DNA of 64,000 nucleotides. Source: a virus. Location: positions 48,632 through 112,631 of the IMG/VR virus record IMGVR_UViG_3300045988_116681, one strand, 5' to 3'. The translations under genes were made by a program, and so were the position numbers. The notes beneath the pieces were generated by a model. It was not told the origin of the DNA. It did no database searches and saw only the letters and a program-made list of their open reading frames with translations. Below are positions 34,533-41,332 of the stretch, one piece after another; position 1 is the first letter of the stretch, and each line of letters starts with the position of its first letter.

Positions 34533-34588
34533 AATTTTGTTCTCCTTTGTTTAATTTTGAGCAACATTAGATGGGTGGTTAGATTGAT

Positions 34589-34978
34589 TTATCCAAACAC
34601 ATAATAATGAACGTTTTTTATTTTGCCACTTTGATTATTCAAATGAAAAGTTATTTTATTGTTTGAATAATCATAGTTCAAATTTTCTATGTCTATAGAA
34701 GAATATCGCACATAAGTTGGGTTGTCACCATCATATTCATAAAGTCTATATGAAAACCCCGAAGTTGAGTTGAGTGGAATCATTTGAACAAATTGCGCTC
34801 TAATTAACATAGATGACGGATTTGGAATAACCACTACTGCCATCGCTTGTGCGTCTATTGGCAATGATTGAAAATCAAAAATAGGAAGTGATACTTCATG
34901 AATGTTACTTGAATAACTACCTTCAAATGAAAAACACTTGTTTTGATTTACAAGTACAGGATTCACGATACCATTCAT
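34589..34978 (-). CDS. family A small protein (partner of B3)
   Basis: MNGIVNPVL... ATG at 34978 in a TGATG context. Confidence 0.65.
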   Translation of the reverse strand: MNGIVNPVLVNQNKCFSFEGSYSSNIHEVSLPIFDFQSLPIDAQAMAVVVIPNPSSMLIRAQFVQMIPLNSTSGFSYRLYEYDGDNPTYVRYSSIDIENLNYDYSNNKITFHLNNQSGKIKNVHYYVFG

Positions 34979-34997
34979 CAAGCCACCCCCTTGAGGG

Positions 34998-35309
34998 TCA
35001 GCCTAAGAATGTCACCAATAAGGGGTCGCTTACGTTGTTGTATTCTATCCGAACAGTGCCAACAGAATAACGAACTATCTGCACTCTTGCTGAAGTAACA
35101 CTTTGGTCTATTAAATATAATTTGTCTGCCGAAAGTAAAGGTAAATAAATCATTGCACCTATCAACGCACTTATGTTGTCTACACTTATTGTGCAAAATA
35201 AAGGTGTTACATCGAAGCCAAAAGTTAGCCCTCTGGTAATGGATTTTGCTTGCAATACTTTTAACCCGCTCATGGATTTTTCTACTTCTTGAATAATCTT
35301 TCCATCCAT
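34998..35309 (-). CDS. family B small protein (B3)
   Basis: MDGKIIQEVEKSM... ATG at 35309 in a TAATG overlap with leader L5. Confidence 0.6.
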   Translation of the reverse strand: MDGKIIQEVEKSMSGLKVLQAKSITRGLTFGFDVTPLFCTISVDNISALIGAMIYLPLLSADKLYLIDQSVTSARVQIVRYSVGTVRIEYNNVSDPLLVTFLG

Positions 35310-35410
35310 TAGTACGCCCACCTCTCTTGTTGCTCAACCGAGAGGTAATCATCGGTGGGCTTACTTGGCGTATGCCCCCCCCAGTGACGGGGAGTTTTAG
35401 TCTTAATCAT
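35309..35410 (-). CDS. leader ORF L5 (33 aa), terminating TAATG on the B3 start
   Basis: GGAGAA SD. It translates to MIKTKTPRHWGGHTPSKPTDDYLSVEQQERWAY*. Confidence 0.45.
   Translation of the reverse strand: MIKTKTPRHWGGHTPSKPTDDYLSVEQQERWAY
35375..35382 (-). repeat. G8 homopolymer in L5
   Basis: Counted C8 on the plus strand. Confidence 0.95.
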
Positions 35411-35422
35411 ATGTATTTCTCC

Positions 35423-35830
35423 TTACATATTGTCTACAATTTCATGCATCTTATCTTCTAAATGAATTGCAATGAACGATAGTAACGCCCATGCAAAGCA
35501 GAAGAATAGATTGCACTGTCCAAAAAAGAAGGTAAATGGTAAGTGGCTGTAGTCCCACACACCCATGTGTAAGATATTATTCAGCACTACACCAGTCAAT
35601 CCTTCAAGAACCGTGATAACCACAGTTCCAATTACTACTTGTTGCCATTGCTTGTATTGGTGTTTTCCTTCATTTAGCAATCCTACAATGACGAAACATA
35701 AGCCGCCGAGAACTGCCATAGTCCAGTTGGTTGGTTTACCCTTCCAAATGGTTTCGATGGCGAAGTAAATCCCGCCACCCATCACACCAAATAGCGCATG
35801 AACAAGTATTGAATTTAGTTTATGCTTCAT
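35423..35830 (-). CDS. polytopic membrane protein
   Basis: Four or more hydrophobic helices. ATG at 35830 lies just after the upstream stop. Confidence 0.55.
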   Translation of the reverse strand: MKHKLNSILVHALFGVMGGGIYFAIETIWKGKPTNWTMAVLGGLCFVIVGLLNEGKHQYKQWQQVVIGTVVITVLEGLTGVVLNNILHMGVWDYSHLPFTFFFGQCNLFFCFAWALLSFIAIHLEDKMHEIVDNM

Positions 35831-35834
35831 AGCT

Positions 35835-36521
35835 TTAAGCCAACTTAGCAAGCATAGCGTCCATCTGAGCCTTTGCAGAAGCCAATACCTTAACTTCTTG
35901 CTCTGCTAACTTACCAGTTAGTTCAGTTGCAAGGGTAATCGCTTTAACAGTTTCCTTATCCTCACAGCTATTAGCAAACTGCCGCAAAAGATTGCAATGT
36001 GTGGTCAGTTTAGTAATGAGCGTTTGCATTGCTACATACAAACTAACAATATCAGCCTTTGGATAAATCACACATTCCTTGCCGTCAGCGTGATAAGGAA
36101 ATTCCTCAACGCCCATAACAACTGCATTGAAGATGTTGCCAATGTTGGCTTGGTCGTTTGCTGTTAGGCTGAAATGTTCATCGCCGTAAGAAGTCTTAAC
36201 GTCAACGCCAGCGTAAATAGTCTGCTCAGTAGTATCATTGAGTGACTTAATAGCTTCTGCACGAACTTCTTCAATGGTCGGCTCGTATGGTGTCGGCTTA
36301 ACTTCTTCGTCTACATTGATATGAACAGCATTACCAGTACACTTCCATACCTTGTAATCAGCCTTTTCGTATGCTACCAGTAGCTTGCCATCATCAGAAG
36401 TGAACATTAGTTCATCGCCAAGTTCAATATCGTGATTGCCGTTAAGATACATAGTACATACCTTATCGTTCAGCATACCAGTAACATTGTTATATGTCTT
36501 GCCATTAGTTAGTAGTTTCAT
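35835..36521 (-). CDS. hypothetical protein (tail-fibre-associated, DUF4376-like)
   Basis: 228 aa, coupled by ATGA to the tail-fibre-like gene. The family call comes from recalled sequence patterns only. Confidence 0.5.
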   Translation of the reverse strand: MKLLTNGKTYNNVTGMLNDKVCTMYLNGNHDIELGDELMFTSDDGKLLVAYEKADYKVWKCTGNAVHINVDEEVKPTPYEPTIEEVRAEAIKSLNDTTEQTIYAGVDVKTSYGDEHFSLTANDQANIGNIFNAVVMGVEEFPYHADGKECVIYPKADIVSLYVAMQTLITKLTTHCNLLRQFANSCEDKETVKAITLATELTGKLAEQEVKVLASAKAQMDAMLAKLA

Positions 36522-36919
36522 TACTGCACCTCACCTACAACTTGAACAACAAACCCTGATTGTGGAGCAGAATTACCGCTTGTAGTAAGAGTTAGTGTGT
36601 TATTACCTGTCTGACCATAGTCTGCAAGCAGAGCGAACGCAGCTTTTTCATTTGCCGCTGTTGCCGAGTCAGAAGATGGTAGAAGATAAATGATTGGCTG
36701 ATAGCGCATTGTTTCAGCAAGACCTTGAATAGTCTGTGTCTGCTTGTAAACGCCGCCCTGTAGTGTCCAGCCAGCTTTCGTAAAGGTTGCAGTACCGAAC
36801 ACTGTTTTGCCAACTTCAAGGTTGGTTCGTGCTCCCAGCGCCGTAGTAGCGCCAGTACCGCCATCGGGGATTGAAACTGGGGTGGAAATACCCTGTCCCA
36901 GTATACCGCCAAAACCCAT
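36521..36919 (-). CDS. tail-fibre-like protein
   Basis: VSIPDGGTGATTALGARTNL matches the GGTGATTAxxAR.NLG motif that recurs at the N-termini of phage tail-fibre proteins. Confidence 0.6.
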   Translation of the reverse strand: MGFGGILGQGISTPVSIPDGGTGATTALGARTNLEVGKTVFGTATFTKAGWTLQGGVYKQTQTIQGLAETMRYQPIIYLLPSSDSATAANEKAAFALLADYGQTGNNTLTLTTSGNSAPQSGFVVQVVGEVQ

Positions 36920-36975
36920 ACTTTGTCACTTCCTTTTCTATAAATTTAGGCGAATCTCTCGCCTTTGATATTAGC

Positions 36976-37004
36976 ATTATACCACATCCTTATACACTTG
37001 TCAA
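36976..37004 (-). promoter_or_regulatory. sigma-A-type promoter
   Basis: TTGACA-17-TATAAT. Confidence 0.7.
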
Positions 37005-37026
37005 GGGGTAAATTGTAAATAATTTG

Positions 37027-38118
37027 TTAATTATTCAGAATATCAATCGTCCGCGCTTCATACAGCTTTTGCCATGTCTGAAAGTCGCGGTCTACTGCAT
37101 TTTCTTTACGCTCAAGTAGACCCAAGCTATCCCACACAACATCAACTTGTGCAAGACCAGACCATAGTTCAGCTTGCTTCATAATCTTGTTGTTCCATTG
37201 CTCAAACTCTGCGTCTGTACCGCCAGTAGCATCATTATCTACAATAAGGACAACATGGTTAACGCCCAACTTCAGCAGTTGATTCCTGCGCTGTAAGCCA
37301 AGCTGTGAGCCAAACATAGCGACTGCCGTTGATTGTGAGCCAAGAAAACTATGCAATTTGAGCACCGCTTTCTCGCTTTCGGCAATCATTACAGTACCAG
37401 TACGCTCTATTTCATATTGATTCTGCGCCAATCCGTATAGAACTGCATTAGTAGGGAACTTATAGATAGTGCCATCCAACAGTTGCAAAGGTCGATATTT
37501 ACCATTTATTGCATTTTCACCCCAATACCTACAGCGAATCCCTACCAAGTCATAATTTTCATTAAACACAGGAATGGTCGTTCCCCATTCTCGCCCATAC
37601 CAACCGATACGAAACAAGGCTTGCGTTTCTTCGCTTATACCTTCATTTACCCATGCTTGACACGGCATATTGGGTATAGTGTCAAGAATAGATGCGTCAT
37701 AAGTCGGCAATAAGCTACCGCCATTTCGTACTGTAATGAACTTCTCAAGTCCAGACCAATCCGTAATATTGGGGTTGGCTACACGCTGAACTTGAGAAGA
37801 TTCAATACCAGTAACATCAAGAATGTAATTTACCGCGTCTATGAAAGAGCAAGGTTGCTTTAGTAGAGATAATCGTGTTTGTGTTAGTGAGATAATGTCG
37901 TATGAACGCCCAGCGGTTAGACCAAGGTAAACGCTTGTGTCTGGATAAAATAGTAATTTTGCTGAACCATCTAAAGCATTAACATTCTTATCGCCAGTAA
38001 AATAAATAATTTCATTTGGGCGTTCCATAAAGATAGGAATACCCAACGACTTCATTATCTTCTTGTGGTCATCAATAGTTAATCGGGCTTTCAGAGCCTT
38101 AGTATTTATCTTAGCCAT
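37027..38118 (-). CDS. DNA primase (Toprim domain)
   Basis: MIAESEKAV (Toprim Glu) and LIVDNDATGG (DxD). Confidence 0.65.
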   Translation of the reverse strand: MAKINTKALKARLTIDDHKKIMKSLGIPIFMERPNEIIYFTGDKNVNALDGSAKLLFYPDTSVYLGLTAGRSYDIISLTQTRLSLLKQPCSFIDAVNYILDVTGIESSQVQRVANPNITDWSGLEKFITVRNGGSLLPTYDASILDTIPNMPCQAWVNEGISEETQALFRIGWYGREWGTTIPVFNENYDLVGIRCRYWGENAINGKYRPLQLLDGTIYKFPTNAVLYGLAQNQYEIERTGTVMIAESEKAVLKLHSFLGSQSTAVAMFGSQLGLQRRNQLLKLGVNHVVLIVDNDATGGTDAEFEQWNNKIMKQAELWSGLAQVDVVWDSLGLLERKENAVDRDFQTWQKLYEARTIDILNN

Positions 38119-38136
38119 TTCCAGCCCGTCCTTTAC

Positions 38137-38553
38137 TTACTCAATATCTGCTACATAATATCCTTTAGCTACATAAAGATGAACCCCATCGTCCGCGTTA
38201 AGCGCAAACAAAATAGAATTGCCACAAGCGACAAACTTTAGCGATTCATCTGGGTGAGCAAGGAAATAATCAATGGCTTCACGAATCCAATCGTTAATCT
38301 CTTGGTCACTCTGCTGAACACCGCCATTAAAATCATAAAAATCTTCTGGAAAACGCGGTGGGTTGCTTAGTGAGAATGTTTCTGCACAAAAACCATTACA
38401 TTCAGGGCAAATCACATATGCGTTATTGTGAATATCGCGCTGTACGTCATCACTATCGTACTCAAATTCACAACCACAAATAGGGCAAGTTACACGCTTT
38501 GTTACAATTTCGCGTGCGGTACTCTTAGTATCACCGTGCTTAATTACCTTCAT
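38137..38553 (-). CDS. hypothetical zinc-ribbon protein
   Basis: CPICG..CPECNG. ATG at 38553 lies 6 nt after AGGAGG. Confidence 0.5.
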   Translation of the reverse strand: MKVIKHGDTKSTAREIVTKRVTCPICGCEFEYDSDDVQRDIHNNAYVICPECNGFCAETFSLSNPPRFPEDFYDFNGGVQQSDQEINDWIREAIDYFLAHPDESLKFVACGNSILFALNADDGVHLYVAKGYYVADIE

Positions 38554-39667
38554 TTTCATCCTCCTGCTCTTCTTGTGAAATGCCATAAGTTACAATAAAT
38601 TCCTTTACTGCCTTGGCAAATTCATCAATTTCGGCTTGTGTGGTGGGAGTAACACCGCCGTCAAAACTTAGCCGAATACATTCGCTTGCTTCTTTTTCGG
38701 AATAACCAGCGTGCATTAGTACGCGATAACGCTCCTTACCATCTTCACATGAACTGTGCCCTACGCCAATGTAAATCTTCTTACTTGCGAGGAAAACCTG
38801 CAATGCGTCAGCGTACACACCATTGATACGAAGGCACACAATATCAGTGATGTAATCTTCTGCGCCAGATAGAGCCATTGTACTGTACTTAACGCCTTGC
38901 TCAAACAGCGCATTTCTAACAGCATTATCCCATTCTTCTGTACAGCGATGATTATAATGCACTACACTACGCATAAGCGCATAAGCTGTACTTGTTGCAC
39001 TGTCAACGTCAGGTGTACCGATATAATCAATACCATTCAGCCATTCATTAAATCGGTCGCTTACCCAAATAAAGCCTTGACCCTTTTCACCGTGGAATTT
39101 ATGAGCACTGGCAATAACGCAATCACAGAAATCTTCAAGGTGCTCTGGAATATCATACTTGCCAATGCTTGCGGTCATGTCACACACAAAAAAGCCGTTA
39201 AGTTCTCGCGTCACAGTGCCAATGTCAACAACAGGGAAAACTTCACCAGTGATATTGGAAACAAGCTGACAAAATGTAATAGGTGTCCTATTAAGACAGC
39301 AGTCTTTTACCACTTTTTTATCGCATAGTTCTTCAATATTATAAGCAAACACTGGATTGCTGGCAATACATTCATGCTCATAGGGTGAACTCATCATACG
39401 ATAATTCTTGTCTGGAACATCGTCATCGTCAAAGGCTTCAACCCATGCTTCACTGATTTTGTTAAACAAATAGTCAAACATCTTGCTTGCTGTACCGCCA
39501 AACACAACCTTGCCAGAACTTACGCCAAGCGAATGCTTTACGCTGTTTTCTGCATTAAATAGTGCTTCACGGCTCTCAGCACCATAAGGCGTGTTAGCGT
39601 TCAACCAAGTACAACTATAAGACGTGTACTTAGGGAAAGTGGTAGCCGCACTATCAAGATAAATCAT
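38540..39667 (-). CDS. class V aminotransferase / cysteine desulfurase-like (NifS/IscS/DndA-type)
   Basis: MIYLDSAATT at the N-terminus and SAHKFHG (the PLP-binding lysine). Confidence 0.7.
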   Translation of the reverse strand: MIYLDSAATTFPKYTSYSCTWLNANTPYGAESREALFNAENSVKHSLGVSSGKVVFGGTASKMFDYLFNKISEAWVEAFDDDDVPDKNYRMMSSPYEHECIASNPVFAYNIEELCDKKVVKDCCLNRTPITFCQLVSNITGEVFPVVDIGTVTRELNGFFVCDMTASIGKYDIPEHLEDFCDCVIASAHKFHGEKGQGFIWVSDRFNEWLNGIDYIGTPDVDSATSTAYALMRSVVHYNHRCTEEWDNAVRNALFEQGVKYSTMALSGAEDYITDIVCLRINGVYADALQVFLASKKIYIGVGHSSCEDGKERYRVLMHAGYSEKEASECIRLSFDGGVTPTTQAEIDEFAKAVKEFIVTYGISQEEQEDENEGN

Positions 39668-39873
39668 TCATTATCACCCCATGTATTCAGTTCAATAAAC
39701 AAATCAGCAAGAACCATAACTACAATGTTAACGCCCCAGAAAATAACGCTGAAGCCCATTTCTATGGAAGAAATATTAACAGACAAACTTTCTGTTTGCA
39801 TTGCCATATCAGCCAATTGGTACGCTGTTCTAATACAGCCTATAAGCAGATAAATTAAAACAAAAAACCACAT
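39664..39873 (-). CDS. small membrane protein
   Basis: 69 aa with two helices and ATGA coupling. Confidence 0.5.
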   Translation of the reverse strand: MWFFVLIYLLIGCIRTAYQLADMAMQTESLSVNISSIEMGFSVIFWGVNIVVMVLADLFIELNTWGDNE

Positions 39874-40229
39874 TATTCGTTTTCTCCTAAATCCTTAATC
39901 ATGCAAAGTTGCTTGATATGCTTTACACCATGTCCATCAATAAAATAAGAATAGAACCAAATCTGGTGATTGTATTCGTAAGTGTACAAGAAGTGAATAC
40001 TACCGTTTGCGGCAGTTACGCTTTCACTTGCCAGTAGCTTGCCGTTTCTATCCAGAACTTCGGGTGGCATGATAAGGTGAATCTGCTGTTCAGTGTAAAC
40101 ACGAGTTTCGCCATTATCATATGCAATGGTATACTTAATAACAGGCGAACTCATGTAATCAATATCAACAACCTTGCCGATACCGCGTGGCGTAGCTACA
40201 CTACAATAATTCTCATAACGAACGTTCAT
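39873..40229 (-). CDS. hypothetical protein
   Basis: 118-aa ORF. Confidence 0.55.
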   Translation of the reverse strand: MNVRYENYCSVATPRGIGKVVDIDYMSSPVIKYTIAYDNGETRVYTEQQIHLIMPPEVLDRNGKLLASESVTAANGSIHFLYTYEYNHQIWFYSYFIDGHGVKHIKQLCMIKDLGENE

Positions 40230-40230
40230 A

Positions 40231-40395
40231 TTACTGCTCCTTTCTCCAATTAAACCAAGTTACATATCCCCAGCCACACGTTGCAATACCCCATAGAGCA
40301 CCAAGTAGAATTTGGTTTAGTTGAAACTTCATGATTGCTTCTAACAGTGTGGCAATGAAGCCAGCTAATGATAGAACTCTTAGTGCGATTTTCAT
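40231..40395 (-). CDS. small membrane protein (54 aa; below the track cutoff)
   Basis: GGAGGT, 6 nt, then ATG. It translates to MKIALRVLSLAGFIATLLEAIM... Confidence 0.45.
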   Translation of the reverse strand: MKIALRVLSLAGFIATLLEAIMKFQLNQILLGALWGIATCGWGYVTWFNWRKEQ

Positions 40396-40441
40396 AATTA
40401 GACCTCCTTAATATAATAGGAAACGCTGTTCCTTTGTGATT

Positions 40442-40470
40442 ATTGTATCACAGGAACAGCGTTTTGTCAA
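40442..40470 (-). promoter_or_regulatory. sigma-A-type promoter embedded in a 13-bp inverted repeat
   Basis: TTGACA-17-TACAAT. The arms AAACGCTGTTCCT..AGGAACAGCGTTT enclose the -10. The upstream ATAAAATTTCATAAT module is present. Confidence 0.7.
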
Positions 40471-40487
40471 TAAGGAATTATGAAATT

Positions 40488-40847
40488 TTATTGTAAAGTT
40501 CCAACTGCGATTTTGGAAAGTATACTATTTATTTGTATATTGGCATTGATTTGTACAAAATTAGCATTTATATAATATTGTGTGCCTACATAAATTTCTG
40601 CTATACCTCCCCAATTATCACTGTAAAAACGAATTGTGGTATAATTTGAAGATTGCAGTGTGCTAAGTTGTAACATAACACTACTATCATAAATTCCATA
40701 AATTATTATATATTTTTCTTTATGGTTTTCTTCTTGCATAATAGAAGTGGTATAACGACTTGAAGTTACTTCAGACAAATCATAATATTCTTCAGCCACA
40801 AAAGAAACATCAGACAGAACAGGCGATTGCGCGATAATTGCATTCAT
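40488..40847 (-). CDS. family A small protein (partner of B2)
   Basis: MNAIIAQSP....IAVGTLQ. SD GAGGTGA. ATGA context. Confidence 0.65.
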   Translation of the reverse strand: MNAIIAQSPVLSDVSFVAEEYYDLSEVTSSRYTTSIMQEENHKEKYIIIYGIYDSSVMLQLSTLQSSNYTTIRFYSDNWGGIAEIYVGTQYYINANFVQINANIQINSILSKIAVGTLQ

Positions 40848-40869
40848 GCAATCACCTCATTTCTGGCGG

Positions 40870-41193
40870 TTAGAAGAAGCCTACTGCAAAAACCTTGCTT
40901 GCACTGACTGAAGATAATTCTATATTTTTCCCAGAAAATGTTACATAAAATGAATTGGTTTGTGAACCTTCCAAAGCGTAATACACATAGCAATTGTCTG
41001 GAAACCATGCTATATTCACGCTGTATGCTGCGTTTGAAGTGTACCTTTGAGGACTCCAAAGTGTTAGGCTTACAAAACTCGGCGCTTGGGAAAAAGAAAG
41101 CGTGACTTCTTGTTGATGGACTTCTTCTTCGAGATACTCTGCCGTCAGCCCGTTTTCCTGCTCCACAAATTCCTTCATTACTTTTGCGTTCAT
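40870..41193 (-). CDS. family B small protein (B2)
   Basis: MNAKVMKEFVEQENGLTAEY... Confidence 0.65.
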   Translation of the reverse strand: MNAKVMKEFVEQENGLTAEYLEEEVHQQEVTLSFSQAPSFVSLTLWSPQRYTSNAAYSVNIAWFPDNCYVYYALEGSQTNSFYVTFSGKNIELSSVSASKVFAVGFF

Positions 41194-41201
41194 TTAATCT
41201 G

Positions 41202-41209
41202 CCCCCCCC
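41202..41209 (-). repeat. G8 homopolymer 8 nt upstream of the B2 ATG
   Basis: Sense strand reads GCGAGTT-G8-CAGATTAA-ATG. Confidence 0.95.
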
Positions 41210-41243
41210 AACTCGCGCCAAGGTTGACAGATTACAGCTTACA

Positions 41244-41294
41244 TCACCGTGTAAGCCCCCCCCAAGTGAAACGGAGGTTTGGTAAATTGAACAT
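41244..41294 (-). CDS. leader ORF L7 (16 aa as assembled)
   Basis: AAAGGAGGA SD. It translates to MFNLPNLRFTWGGLTR*. Confidence 0.45.
   Translation of the reverse strand: MFNLPNLRFTWGGLTR
41256..41263 (-). repeat. G8 homopolymer in L7
   Basis: Counted C8. Followed by the hairpin GCTTAC-acggtgat-GTAAGC. Confidence 0.95.
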
Positions 41295-41332
41295 AAAAAT
41301 GTCCTCCTTTAATTATATTATGAGGAAAATCC

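Larger units (their letters stand above)
34456..34566. repeat. perfect 11-bp inverted repeats TGTTGCTCAAA / TTTGAGCAACA flanking leader L4
   Basis: Arms at 34456-34466 and 34556-34566. Confidence 0.85.

Noticed and set aside
32168-36919. A diversity-generating retroelement or shufflon as the explanation for the paralog array
   Set aside because: The window contains no reverse transcriptase and no template/variable repeat pair. The paralogs are too divergent and all face the same way, so neither DGR mutagenesis nor classical shufflon inversion of coding segments fits.
41224-41229. TTGACA on the plus strand inside the B2 leader as a plus-strand promoter
   Set aside because: There is no acceptable -10 element at 16-18 nt and no plus-strand gene downstream.
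9718-41263. Homopolymer tracts dismissed as sequencing or assembly artefacts
   Set aside because: Individual lengths may well be off by one, and I cannot verify them. However, thirteen tracts of 7-9 nt, with shared flanks and fixed positions relative to SDs and start codons, cannot be produced by sequencing error. Hence they are reported as findings, with read-level checks requested.
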